DNA of 64,000 nucleotides from Batkoa obscura (Eukaryota): NCBI GenBank assembly GCA_030770535.1, contig JASVEC010000003.1, positions 1,178,001 to 1,242,000 of the forward strand, read 5' to 3'. Shown piece by piece: positions 13,885 to 27,786 of this stretch (position 1 is its first letter; each line of letters starts with the position of its first letter). The notes under the pieces were generated by a model. It saw only the letters and a program-made list of their open reading frames with translations, ran no database searches and was not told where the DNA came from. The position numbers and the translations under genes were made by a program.

Positions 13885-15940
13885 TTATAAAAGCATACAA
13901 ATTAAAAAAGAAATAATCAATTTATTTATTTTTAAATTTAAATTATTTTATTTTATTTTATTTATAAGCTTATTTGGTTGTTAAATTTAAAAAAATTTAT
14001 AATTTCCTTTTTAAGCATTAAATCCTATAATTGTTTATATTAATTTTAATATTATTTTAGTTTTGAGTTATAAAATAAAAAATCATATAAAAACATTTTA
14101 AATATTAAGTATTATTTAAATAAATTTTAATTAAAAAAATACTAATTTTAAAGAACTTGAAAAATTTATATAAATCAAAATTTTATCATTACTTTATTAG
14201 TTTTTATAATTTATAATTTATAGTTTATTCATTTTTTAAATAAAAAAAACATATTTTATAAAATATTTTCTGTTTATATAAAAACGTGATCAATTTTTAT
14301 TGAAAATTCAATAATCTTACTGTCAGAAATAAACTATTAATTTTAATTTAAACAAATTTTGATATCAATTTAAACTCTGTCCATTTTTTAAGTAGTTTAA
14401 AATATAAAAAAATTGTTAGCTTAACCTTCAAATAAAAAACATGGTCGTTAAATCTTTGAATAGTTTATTATCCTAAAACTTTATACATATGCTTTTGTTT
14501 CATTTTCTGTTGATATTATTATCTTGATTCAACACTAGATTTTGCAAAAAAATTTGAGTACAAAAAGGCTTCTACATTAAATGATAAAGGATTTCTTATT
14601 ATCAGGGCCATTAACTAAATTACTTACTTTCTGAAATCTAACATTACAATCGGACAGTGTTCAATAGAAGTTGAATACATTTTGAAAAATGATGTAAACA
14701 AGAATCAATAACAAAGTCATTACTAATTTTGATGAAGTTTATATCATATGTACATATAAAGTAGTCCAATTAATACATTTTTACTCATAAAGAGTATATA
14801 AACAACTGAATATCTTCCTCTGGATCTTTCTTTATTGTTATTTATTTTATTACTTAGTTATAAAATAAATTATGCTTTTAAACCTTATTAGTTACGCTAA
14901 TCTAACTAATTCAAAGTATAGTTTTATTTTGTATTTGTTTACAAAAACTTCAAGCTTACCGTTTCCATTTTTCAAGCATCGGGATTACCTTGCCTTATCT
15001 TATATCAATTTATCAGTTGGTAGATCACTGGATTTAAGGACTTCATAGCCTTTGCGACTTACATATATGTATCTGTTATTTAAAGGTTAAGTAATAAAAG
15101 TGTCTTTGAGATTGTGAGTGATTTAGAACTCAAATATAGGTTGGTTTTATAAGGAAGTTAATTAGAGACATAAGCTTTAATGGGTTGTTATTACTTTCAA
15201 GAACTTAAAGATGCTGTAATGAAGTAAAAAATGATATGAGATACAAAACTCCTAGTTAAAGTTAAGGAATAAGATTAAATAAGAGTAGCTTGTTATAACT
15301 TTTTGCTGTTAGATGCTAGTTTATTATATCATTAATATATTATTTACAAACTAATATACCTTCGATTTTATTATATCTGATGATTCAAATGCTATAAAGC
15401 TAAGATTAAATTAAATTAAGGTTAGATAATAATTAGTAATTCTTTAGAAAATAGCAGGTTAAAAGCATTAATTTTTGGGCAAAGAAAATAGACCTTAATT
15501 AATATAATAAATGCCAGTGTATAAAATTGTAAGTTTTAATCTAATTATGGCTATACATAGTATACCTTATTTATATAGAAAATAATAAAAATCAATCAAA
15601 TATTAAAAAACTAGAGTCTAGAATACAATAATATCCCCAAACTAGCGTTTATTATTAAAAATGAATTGATTAATAATAAAATAATGTCGGATCTAAGATA
15701 GCAGATAAAAGCATTAAACTTTCGAATATTAAATATTAAAATTAACCAATCAATTACGATTTATCCCTGAAATTTCATCATCTGAAGTGATAATTTTACC
15801 ATTCACCATAAAATCGATGAAATTTAAAATTTAAATGGTATCATTTAAAAAAGATAAATACTATAAAAGAAAAGAAAAGACATTAAATAACAATTGAAAA
15901 AGTATATAAAAATTAAGAGACAAGAGAGTAAAAGAAAATT

Positions 15941-17086
15941 ATGACTTTAAACTACGATATAGACGATCACTTGTTAGAAGCTAGTTTAGCTTCCTCGGAT
16001 ATCATTTATATTGCTGATGGCAGTATCAACTATCCTTCTAACCCTAAAATTCAACCCATCACTAACATCAATGACATATTATACCAGGAACATCCTGTTT
16101 CAACGATTTATTTAGCTCAATCACAATTACCTTATATTTATCCTATTTTGTATAAATTAAACTCTACTTTAAATCAAAAGAAAGATATTTCAATTCATAT
16201 TAAAGTAATTATTAAAAATGTTTATGATGAAGGAATTGAGAATTTAATTAATATAAATTTAAATCAATTGAATTGGTTCACTACTAAAAGTGTTAAGGAA
16301 TTCATTAAGATTGAAGAGTATGTTAATCAATTGAAGAATCAAATTACGGTACATTTGGTGGATGAAAAGGTATTTTCTGGAGAGGAAGTTAAGAGTAATG
16401 GAAACCAAGATGAATATGTAAATGGCACTGGTGAGAATCTTAGGTTTTTTAAATTTGATAAAAAGGAAGTAAGTAGTATATTAACAATACAATATAATTT
16501 TAATTATGAGAATGAAGATAATAATAAGGATAAAAGTGTATTAAGTATTATACACATTAATAAGAAAGAAATTGAAGAATATTATCAATTAATTAAAAAT
16601 GTTAATAAATTAAAGACAATTGAAATTGTATTAAATAATAATGATCAACAAATCAATACTGAATTTAATCAATTATATCATTTTATTTTACAAATACTTT
16701 ATTTTAGTGAAGATAACATTATTAATGTAGATATTCAATTTAAATATTCAAATAAACAATTAGTAATTGGAAATCATATTAATGGTAATAATAATAAGGA
16801 CAATAATAAGGACAATAATAACAACAATGATAATGAATTACCTCATTTGAAGAGTTTAAAATATATATTTAAACAACGATTATTTTTAGGAAATGAATTA
16901 AATTTAAATAATAAAGAGAGTATTGATTATGGATATAGTAAAGTATTAAATCATATTAATTATCGTAATGAACAAAAAGAAAAAATACAATTATGGCTAA
17001 ATAATATTAATTTATCTCAATTTAAACAATTTAAAGACTTAATTATTAATTTTTTATTAAGTTTTAATAACAATAATAATAATAAC

Positions 17087-17118
<32 letters not shown>

Positions 17119-20029
17119 AGATGATTTATTATTGTTAAATTATATACAACAAAATAAAGATATATTACAGCAAAAGATACCTAACATTGACCAATTATTT
17201 AATGAAGATTGGGTATTACGTCGTTCTTATTGGTTAATATTATTTGATACATTAAATAATGATTTATTTAATAATGGATATCAACGAGTATTAATGAATG
17301 AAAATATTGATATTAATTTGATTATAATTAATAATAATTTAAATCAAAAAGATTTAGGATTATATGCCATGAATTATAATACAAGTTATGTAGCATCTAC
17401 TGCTATTTATCAATCTTATCAACAAACAATACAATCTATTATTGAAGCTAATTTATTTAATGGACCTTCTATTTTATTAGCATATTTACCTATTAATAAT
17501 CTATTACAATTAAATCATATCAAATTAATTCAACAAAGTAAAAGAGTTGTTGATTCAGGAGATTGGCCTTTATATCGATATAATCCTAATAATAATATGG
17601 AATTAGATTCAAAAGTAATTAAACAAAATTTACAACAATTTATTGATAAACAACAATTATTTAGTTTATTAACTAAACAAAACAATATTAATACCAATAA
17701 TAATAATAATAATAACTTAATTAATAATAACAATAATCAAGTAGATAAGTTAATTAATTTACAACAAGAAAAAGAAAAATTTATACAAAATTCATTTAAT
17801 AATTTATTAAATAATTTAACAAATAATGATGAACCCCCAATTACTATATTATATGGTTCAGATGGTGGTAATGCTGAAAAAGTAGCTAAAAAATTAAATC
17901 AAAGTATAAAACAACGTAATAAAAATGTACAATTATTTAAAGGCAATGATTATGATATACAACAATTAAATAAAGAACATTTAATATTATTTATTATATC
18001 AACCGCAGGACAGGGAGAAGCCCCATTAAATATTAAACATTTTATTAAATCAATTAATCAAAAAGATATTGATTTATCTCATTTAAAAATAGGAATCTTT
18101 GGTTTAGGTGATTCTCATTATTGGCCTAATGATAAAGATTTAATTTATTTTAATAAACCTAGTAAAGATTTAAATTTAAGATTACAACAATTAAATGCAA
18201 CATCTATAATAGAATTAGGATTAGGAGATGATCAAGATCCAGAAGGTTATCAAACTCAATATAAATTATGGGAACAACAATTATTTATAAAATTAAATAT
18301 TGATAATATTAAAGTTGATGATGAAGTAATTATTACGGATGACTTACATAAAATTAATTCTAATTATTTACGTGGTACTATATTAAAAGGTTTAAATGAT
18401 TTAAGTACAGGAGCATTAAGTGAAGGAGATACTAAATTGACTAAATTTCATGGTATTTATCAACAAGATGATCGAGATTTAAGGGAAATAAGATTAAATA
18501 ATAATTTAGAACCTGCTTTTTCATTTATGGTAAGAGTAAGGGTACCAGGTGGTATTGCTACTGCAGAACAATATTTACAAATGGATGATATATCAACTAA
18601 ATTAACTAATGGCAGTATTAAAATAACCACAAGACAAGCCTTTCAATTCCATGGAGTTATTAAAAGGAATTTAAAATCAACAATACGAAATATAAATAAA
18701 TGTTTAATGGATACATTAGCTGCTTGTGGTGATGTCAATCGTAACGTTATGTTAACTGTTAATCCACAAGCTAATCACGTCTATGAAACTATATTTAAAT
18801 TTTCAAAGGATTTATCCGAGTATTTATCTCCAAAAACATCTGCTTATCATGAAATTTGGTTACAAGATAAATTAGTAGCAGGTGGGGATGTATTAGTAGA
18901 TTATGAACCTTTATATGGCCCAACTTATTTACCACGTAAATTTAAAATAGCTATAGCAATACCACCAAATAATGATGTAGATGTATTTGCTCATTGTTTA
19001 GGTTTTATTGCTATTATTAAAAATAATCAATTAATTGGTTTTAATGTTACTGTTGGTGGTGGTATGGGTATGACTCATAATAATACAGCTACTTTCCCTA
19101 GATTAGCAGATCATTTAGGTTTTTGTACTTTAGAACAAGCATGTGAAGTAGCTGAAAAGGTATTATTAGTACAAAGAGACTTTGGAGATAGAACCAATCG
19201 TAAACATGCACGATTAAAGTATACTATTGAAGATAGAGGGATTAATTGGTTCCGTAATGAAGTTGAAGATAGATTAGGTTATAAATTAGAAACTATTAAA
19301 GAATATTCATTTAAATCTAATGGGGATCGTTATGGTTGGTATCAAAACGAAAGTAGTTTAAATTATGAATGTGGTTTGTTTATGCAAAATGGACGAATTA
19401 AAGATGAATCTGGCTATACATGGAAAACTGGATTACGTGAAGTTTGTTTATTAATGAAACAATATAATTTTGGTCGATTAATATTAACTCCAAATCAAAA
19501 TTTAGTATTATCTAATATTCCACCCGAATATCAGCAACAAATTGAATCTATATTAACTGAAAACAACTTATATCAAACCCCTAATTTCACTAAATTAAGA
19601 TTAAATTCTATGGCTTGTGTAGCGTTACCTACATGTTCCTTAGCTATGGCCGAAAGTGAACGTTATTTACCAAGTTTAATAGATAAACTTGATAATTTAA
19701 TTTATGATAATGGCTTATCACTACAAGATATAAGTATTCGAATGACAGGATGTCCAAATGGATGTGCAAGACCGTATGTAGCTGAAATTGCCTTAGTAGG
19801 TAAAGCAGCCAATATTTATAATTTATATTTAGGTGGTGGATATCGTGGAGATCGATTAAATAAATTATTTAAAGAAAATGTGGATGAAAAAGAGATCATT
19901 GGTATATTAAGTGGATTGTTTAAAAGATATGCTTTGGAAAGATTAGTGGAAGAAAGATTTGGAGATTTTGTTATTAGAACAAATATTATTAAGGAAACTA
20001 CGTCTGGGAATAATTTTCATGTATTATAA
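15941..20029 (+). CDS. MET5: Assimilatory sulfite reductase beta (siroheme hemoprotein) subunit, MET5/ECM17-like
   Basis: PFOR-like remnant (DLGLYAMNY...GPSILLAYLP), flavodoxin domain (ILYGSDGGNAE, STAGQGE, FGLGDSHYW), KFHGIYQQDDRD, ACGDVNRN, YLPRKFK, and ligand motifs CVALPTC and TGCPNGC; poly-Asn tracts. Confidence 0.95.
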
Positions 20030-20287
20030 ATAAAGGATTATTATATATTATGTTTATTTATTGATTATTTTGAATATTTTTGAAGAATTTCAATTTTTAT
20101 AGACTCTAGTTTAAACTATTATGTAATTAATAAAAGATATCTAATATTTTGATATTAAATTATCAAAAAAATAAAAAAGAAATCCCATATTATTTATTAT
20201 TATCTTAACATTAATGATTGAAGTAACAAAAAATTATAAATAAATACTAAAATTTTAATTAAAAACTATAATAAAAAAACTACATAT

Positions 20288-20386
20288 GAGGATGTTTTTT
20301 TTGGCTTCATTACTTTTTCCATTTTTTAAGCGTTATTTGAGTGGAAAATGTGTTAATAAATTTCTTAAACAAAAAAATACATCCCC
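20288..20386. mobile_element. ~98 bp MITE, copy 4
   Basis: Family core; TSD ATAT/ATAT; absent from the homologous left-arm site near 11360. Confidence 0.85.
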
Positions 20387-21933
20387 ATATATAAAAACTA
20401 AGAGTTTAGTTAAAGTTATAAAAGAAATTGGAATTAAAATTAAATTTTAACTTAAAGTAAAAAACAAATGAAAATTAAAAAACAATTCTCATTTAAAAAA
20501 TTAATATCAAACTTTAATTCTTTTTGCAATTGAACTCAATAAATCCACTATTTCTCCAACCTTCTTGCCATGCAAAATAACCGAGACTACACTTTTTATC
20601 ACTATTCTTAAATTCCTGTAAAGTATGACTCAAATTTCTTGCTCTACAATTAGAAGTTCTATAAACACATTCACAAGAAGTATTTCTATTAGCAACACGA
20701 TGTTGATAAACAGGTCTACAATTGGTTTGTAAGGTAGAGGAGATTCTAGCTAAACATTCATTTTTGAGATCTGAAGTTTGAACATCTATTTTTTGAACAC
20801 AAGTATTACCTGAATATTGTGTCTGGGATAAAATAGAGTTGAAGAGATAGAAGCAAACAGCGAGTACTTGAGAGGTTTTCATTTTATATTATAAAAATAT
20901 TTTCTATTTTGAATTAATAGTTTAGGAAATACAATATATAATATTTATTCTAAGAGTTAGTATGATATATTAAAGAGTTTAATCGATACATTATATACTT
21001 TTTATATTTAATAACTTAATAATTTAATAATTTAATAATTCAATAATTTAATAATTTAATAATTTAATAGTTTAATATTATTTAGTTAAAGAATATTAAA
21101 TAAAGGACTTGAGTCTGGTCATGGTATATTCTTTATCTATCACCTTAAGTCTGGGGTTTTATTAAAATCTATTTGTTTATCTAACATCATTGCTAAAGAT
21201 GTCAATACTTTAGTTAGAGTTCTTTTACAAGAACAATTATGCATCAATATAAAGGATACTATGACTAAATTATCTAATCAAAGTTTGGGACCTTAATTAC
21301 ATTAAAAGTAATTTTATTATCTAACCTTTTAAAACTCATTTTGTATTAATAATCCTTTTTTTAATTTATAGCTTCTATTTTATTTTTGATTAATAATAGA
21401 GTACTTTAATTGATTTTTTAATTCCGATATTAACTTAGACAGAATAATAATAATAAAATTAAAATCAATTAAATCAATTATTTTAGTCACAAAGTTGATG
21501 TTATTTAGTAAGTAAATTTGATTTTTATATACTGAACTTTTGATAAAGAAATGTTACATTTCAATCTAATTGGCCACTCTCTCCGTTTTTCTCACTTTTA
21601 AATTTATGCATCCAATAATATAACTATAAATGATAACATGATATATAAGAAAGTTCAAATGTCAAAGAAAAAAACAATATACATGAAAATCTAGGGTTAA
21701 AATAAATTATTTTACAATGTAATAAATATTCTAACTAACTATTATAAAAATAATCGATTTACATAAATCAAACTATAATCACAGAAGTTGATACGACTTT
21801 AGAGACATAATTCATCTTAAACATACTAAAGTAAAATCTATTGTTGAAAATTGTAATACCAATTGGGTTCATAATTAAGTAAAAGAAGAATTAATATACA
21901 AGTTGAAGGAGTATAAAAAATATTAATTTGAAT
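20387..21933 (-). repeat. Right arm of the inverted duplication (partner 9823-11363)
   Basis: Reverse complement of 9823-11363 with few differences, e.g. a 4-bp indel near 21732-21740. Confidence 0.95.
20514..20882 (-). CDS. Small secreted cysteine-rich protein, 122 aa (identical to 10862-11230)
   Basis: Identical translation in the ORF track. Confidence 0.88.
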   Translation of the reverse strand: MKTSQVLAVCFYLFNSILSQTQYSGNTCVQKIDVQTSDLKNECLARISSTLQTNCRPVYQHRVANRNTSCECVYRTSNCRARNLSHTLQEFKNSDKKCSLGYFAWQEGWRNSGFIEFNCKKN

Positions 21934-22316
21934 TAAATAACACAAATAAACCTTAATAACTAAGTTCAATCAATCGACTATAACATTTAATTTATGACAA
22001 TAGATTACTTTCACAAAATATAAATGTCCGAATATCCAGGTGTCTAAAAAGTTATATGAGGCCCTATGTAGCTGAGATAGCCTAAGCAAGGAAAGCGGGT
22101 AATATTGTAGTTTGTATTTGGATAAGGGCTATAATGGGGATAGATGGAATAAACCTGCTAAGGAAAAATAGATGAGAAGACAATTGTTAAGGTACTTAAA
22201 GAGTTGTTTAAAAGTTATAGGTTCGAAAGATTAGCTGAAGAAAGACTCAGAGGTTTTTTGTAAGAACAAAAGTTGTTAAAGGAAGTACCACGGGATATAA
22301 TCTCTATGATTTATAA
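21934..22316 (+). pseudogene. Decayed 3' fragment of the sulfite reductase gene
   Basis: tttaatttatgacaat..., ccctatgtagctgagatagcc and gaaagattagctgaagaaagact match about 19660-20029, with stops and indels. Confidence 0.85.
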
Positions 22317-22483
22317 TAAACAAAAGTATTTAGTTCTATTATGTTGATAGCTTTTTCTATTATTTTAAGTTAATAAGATTTTATGTTGGTTTGAACTATT
22401 GTTTAGTTTTAAATGAAATAAAAACAACTTAAATCTGATTTATAGTATTAATAAATAAAGCTTTTATAAAATATTCCATAAAT

Positions 22484-22582
22484 GGGGATGTTTTTTTTTA
22501 TTTCATCACTTTTTCCATTTTTCAAGCACTATTTGAGCAGAATAATTGTTAGTAAAATTCTTAAACAAAAAAATACATCCCC
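22484..22582. mobile_element. ~98 bp MITE, copy 5
   Basis: Family core; TSD AAAT/AAAT. Confidence 0.88.
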
Positions 22583-22617
22583 AAATATGAAAATTGGATT
22601 AGCTAGAGCTAACAGAT

Positions 22618-22714
22618 GGGGATGTATTTTTGTTTAAGAATTTTACTAACAGTTTTTCCACTCAAATAGCGCTTAAAAGATGGAAAAAGTGATGAAGCCA
22701 AAAAAAACACCCCC
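22618..22714. mobile_element. ~98 bp MITE, copy 6 (opposite orientation to copy 5)
   Basis: Family core reversed; TSD AGAT/AGAT. Confidence 0.88.
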
Positions 22715-23301
22715 AGATATTAATAAAGACATTTTATTAAAACTTAAGTAAAGCATTTGGAATAAAAATTAAAATGACAAACTTTTAACTGTATCAAGAA
22801 ATTAAAAAATGTTTTTCTATCAATATCATTATCGTAAGTATTTATTAATCTTTAGTATACTGCATTTTTATTTAAAATATAATTACTAAATCTAATAAAT
22901 GAATAAATATCGTCACACAGAAATTAACTAATTTTTTTATCCAAATGCTAAGTATTCTCACATAATAATAATCGAATTTTTTTAACTTAAAAAAGATAAA
23001 ACAATAACAATTGGATGCGGTTTTTAGTTGCAATTATTGGCATTTAATTAAATAAAGTGATATTAATATCTGTTTTTTATTTAAAAATATTAATATTTTT
23101 CGTCTTAATATTGGATCAATATTCTTTTGGTTTGGCTATACGTCTATTAAAAGATTGATTATGATGTCAAATGATTGGTTCTTTTGAAAGTAAGAGCAAC
23201 AGTCACTTGTACACTTAAAGAACAATATCATCCCTAATAATGAAATAGCTTTACTCGGAAAAAAAAATGAGCTTCATTCCTTTAGTTTGTTTTATTTTTA
23301 A

Positions 23302-24597
23302 ATGACTATCAAATTTGAATTCCTTTCAGAAATTGTACTCAAAGAAATATTTCAGGCAATTAGATCCAGTTGAACTGTTTAATTTGTGCTTTTAAACAAG
23401 TATTTGTACAAAGTTGCAACTAGAGCCATTCAATACAACTCAATTTACTCTGCTTATAATCAACTTAAGTTAAAAGTACATCGAATTTACTAAGAGAATT
23501 TTATCGATGAATATGGCAGCGAAATGAAACATATCGATGTAGACTATAATACTCTTGAACTCATAAATATATACTCAAATTTAAGATCAATATATATTAA
23601 TAATAGTTTAAATCAAGATATTGATGAAAATTTTAAACTAATGATCAAGTTGCTAAATTTAAATAAATTAAAGATCGAGACAATTGGGTATCTACAAATA
23701 GTGGAGTTATTTAAAAGCCAAATAAATTAACTTGAAGTGCTCAAATAAGTGAAGACATTTTTTTTGTTCATCGGCTTGCTCTTTATTTCAATCAACAAAG
23801 CCAATTAAAGACGCTTCGATTTCATTCTAGGTGGTCTACTTTATTTATCGATGAAATGGAAACATTTGAAGGTAATTGGAATTTGTAGAGCTAAAATTTG
23901 GAAAGTTGGCGGTAATTTCTAAATCATTAGAGTGTTGTCAAAGTTTTATTTCTAATAATGTAGATTTAAAAATTCAGAGAAAATCCAATAATTGGATTGT
24001 TAGATACTTTAGTGCTTTAAGATAACTAAGAGGTTTGATACTAGCAGATGATTCAGACGAATTGCTCAAGGAAGATAGCCCTAACGAAATTTTCGGAATA
24101 TTGTCTGAAGATAGTAATATCACATGTTTGAGTTATTTTGGTAAAATAGATGACTTTAATCTTAAGCACTTGGGATTATTGACTTTAAAAGAGATTGGGA
24201 TTAAAGAGTTAAATAAAAGCTATTATGTACAGCTGCTTTATTGCCAAACATTCACACTATTTATTTTTCCAGTAGGAAATTTAACTATCATACAGCATTT
24301 GGTAACAACAATACAGTTGATAACGATATTTATAAGGAGAGATACTACCCGCTTAATTGCTATTCTATAAAAGAGATCCATTTAGATATGTTTAATCTCC
24401 CACTTGAATCCTTTCTCTATTTTTTATATCTCTTTCTAAACCTTGAGGTACTTAAAATTGATGAATTTTGTTTAGTAAGGGGTGAGGCCAATGTTAATCA
24501 CAGACTTTCTACTCCTTTAACTGTAATTGCAACATTTGGCCCTAAAAATGTTGGTCCTCTATGAGTAGCTTATCAATATTTTAAAGTTAACTTAAAT
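23302..24597 (+). pseudogene. F-box/LRR-like family pseudogene
   Basis: MTIKFEFLSEIVLKEIF start and LPNIHTIYFS...FLYFLYLFLNLEVLKIDEF C-terminal motif; multiple stops and frameshifts; 3' end approximate. Confidence 0.8.
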
Positions 24598-24910
24598 TGA
24601 AATATAATAAATTGTCTTATATGAAAATGTTTTGTTCTTGCTTTTCTATTCATAAATATTTTGATAGTGAAAGTATTGAAATTGTAAAGTATATCTATCT
24701 TTTCCTTTTTTACAATATCAATGTAAAAATTAAATGAATTCAACTACTAAAGTTATGTTAATAGAAGACAACAAAAATAATTTAAAATATTCAAAACAAA
24801 ATCCCAAAAATCTTTAGGAATATTAGTTAACTTTTAATATAAATAAGGCCAACTGCTACCTTCTAAAAGGGACTTAAATCTAGAATAGATGAATATTGAA
24901 TATCTAATCA

Positions 24911-27786
24911 TTATTTTCTATCTTGATTTCCATTTACTTTCCCATTCCCATTTTCTTTAATTTCCTTTTCTTTTTCTACTTCACTCTCCTCTTTATCTTC
25001 CTTTTCATCTTTTTCTTCTTCTTCTGCACTGTTATTACCCCCACTTTCCTTTCCATTATCAAATTGATCCAATAAATGATCAATATATTCAAGCGGTGTT
25101 CTATTCAAAGTAGGTAAATCAAACTTTACTTTTCCTTCTAAAGTACTATCACTATTCATTCCTCCATTAGGTTGAATAGCTGAATTCTTGGGTAGATCAG
25201 GTTCATTATTTGTTTTATTGCTATGATCAACTCCATTCTCAGCACCTTTATTCTCATATAATTCATGTAACCAAGAAAAGATTTTTTTTTCAATTTTAGT
25301 ACGATTATCTACCATATGAATTATTGGCCATGTTTTATTGGCTCCATTTTCTAAATGTTCTTTTAATCTTTGATAATCTGGGTCATTAAAGATATTAATA
25401 TAATCTAATATATTGACTCTAGGCTATTGTATTTTTATTAGTTTTATTGTTATAAATATAACTATTAAATTTATCTCTTACCAAAATAGTAACATTCCCA
25501 TCAAACTTTTGTAACCAAACATAAGACCAATCTTGTTGCATAAAATGGGGTAATAATTCTAAGTCCCTAATCACTCGTAGCCATTTCTTTAAATCTAATT
25601 TTAAGAAGTGCTCCAATGAAGAAGCTAAAAATCCTCCTCGCCTAATAGGAATAATGAATAAATAACTTTTTATTATGGGATAATGAGACTCACCATCCTT
25701 TACCATATCTATTAGCAGCTGGGTGACCTACACTTCCACGATGATTATAATAAAAGATAGAAATATGTGGATTCACTTGACTAACAATACTATAGTTGAC
25801 ATTGAACTAAAAAAGTAGAGTTAATACTATTATCTTTAAGCTAATAAGTAATATTTACAAATGATTTTAATGCATCCAGTGGAATATCCTAAATAATAAA
25901 AATTCAAATTAAATAAAAGCTTTATAGCATTGTACTTTAAATCTTACCGTTTTCAAGCTCCCATCTCTCCATTTAACTCCAGAATTAAGATAGGGTTCCA
26001 ACGTACCATCTGGTTTTTTTACCATTAATGTAATTGGATTTAATACTCCTGGAATAGCTGAACTGGCAATTACTATTAAAAAAATATTAAATTTCAAATT
26101 TTATAAAAACAAATCAATCAAGTTTTACCAGCGGACCAAATTACCACATCGGGAGTAGAAACATAGTTAAACAGTTTAGCAGGTGAATAAGAATCATAAG
26201 GTACTGCAGTAACATTCAAAATCTTTCCAGTTCTTTTGTAAGCTTCTAAAAAGGTGGTATGGCCTAATGTAACCCACAAAGCATCCGTAGCAAAATTAGT
26301 AGCACTGAATCTAAAATAATTGATTTATTAATACATTTATTTACTGTTAATTGAATAAGTACTTACAAAGCTCCTGTCTTTAGTAATCTAGTTATTTTAA
26401 CACTGATAGGTTCAGAACATGGGTTGATTAATACATGAGTTTCTGGTTTAAATATCTCTCTTAACTCCTCATCTGTTCTACATGCGGTCATTGCAGCTAA
26501 TTACATATTGTTAATCTATTCATTACCCTATAAATTTAAATAACTTACCAATCATAGATCCAGCACTGGTACCAGTGATAATTTTAGGTAGCATATTATT
26601 TTCAATTAAAGTACGAACCACACCTTAAATATTAATTAGTTTATTTGTTAAAATACAGCAAACTTTACTTACCAAAATGAAAGTAAGCCAATGTAGCTCC
26701 GCCAGATAAACATAAGGCGGATCTACCATAGCTTTGAAAAGCTTGTTCAAAAAAGGACTTCTTTTCAGCTAAACTCAACTCCTTACTTGAACCTATGAAA
26801 TCAAGTGCCTCCACGACTAATTTTTAAAAATTTAACTATTGCCCTTAATGAAATAACATTTGTTGATTTACCTTCACTATAAAAATCTTCTACAACCTAA
26901 TAAAATATACATAAACATTATTGAAATTATTAAAATTTTATTATTTACCTTTTTAGTTCCAAAATAGGTTTTTGAATACAAGTGATTATTTTCTACGTTA
27001 CCCACATTACTCTTTAATCCCCCTTGTAATAAAATATCTTTCAACTCGTTCACTTTCCTTCTTTCTCTTAACTTTTTCATTTTATTATTTAAATTGATAA
27101 TTAATTCATGATCATAATAAGCCATTTTAGCTTCTTTTCTCCATTCTTCTTTGCCCATAAGTTCATCTAACTTTAATCCAATCTCCTTCCATTCTTCATA
27201 ACTGCCAGCTTTCCTTAATTTTTGTTTAAGCTGTTTTAACTCTCCTGTCCTACGAGATTTTATTAATTTCAATCCCTAATTAAAAATATACTTTCATTTA
27301 CCAAACATAAAGATATTCCCAAAGCGCCACTACTTGTCGAACCATAGCGTAAAAAAATAACTCAATACAAATCATAGTACTTACAAACATCTACAATAAA
27401 AGGTTAAAATCATTAAGTTATAGACAATTACTACTATTATCCCTTACTAAAAATGGAAACCTTAATAAAGAATACCCTACCCCTTCGGATTTATTCGTAT
27501 GAGAGGAAGAAGTAAGCATCGTTGATACTAAACCAAAATAAGATTGGTTTTCATCAAATTGAAACGAGCTTCTTCTACCATTTGAGTCGTGACGTGAATC
27601 TTCTCGTTTATCAAAGTTAAAGTCATTAATACTTGTGAATGATGATAGATGGGGTGATGATGGCGTTGAGATTAAGTTTGCCGAAGATTTAATCTTCATT
27701 GCTTTTTTAAAGGATTCAATGCCTTCTTTACCATTTTCAATAAAACTTAGTAAATACGCATATAATTCGGGGTTGCTTTGATCCAT
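24911..27786 (-). CDS. Patatin-domain triacylglycerol lipase (TGL3/TGL4-like), multi-exon
   Basis: ALCLSGGATLAYFHF Gly loop, GTSAG nucleophile elbow, ASSAIPG and WRDGS catalytic Asp motif, N-terminal region SYEEWKEIGLKLD...NNHLYSKTYFGTK; many GT-AG introns. Confidence 0.9.

Noticed and set aside
15941..20029. Horizontal bacterial origin of the intronless sulfite reductase
   Set aside because: The PFOR-like + flavodoxin + hemoprotein fusion is the normal fungal MET5 architecture, and composition matches the host
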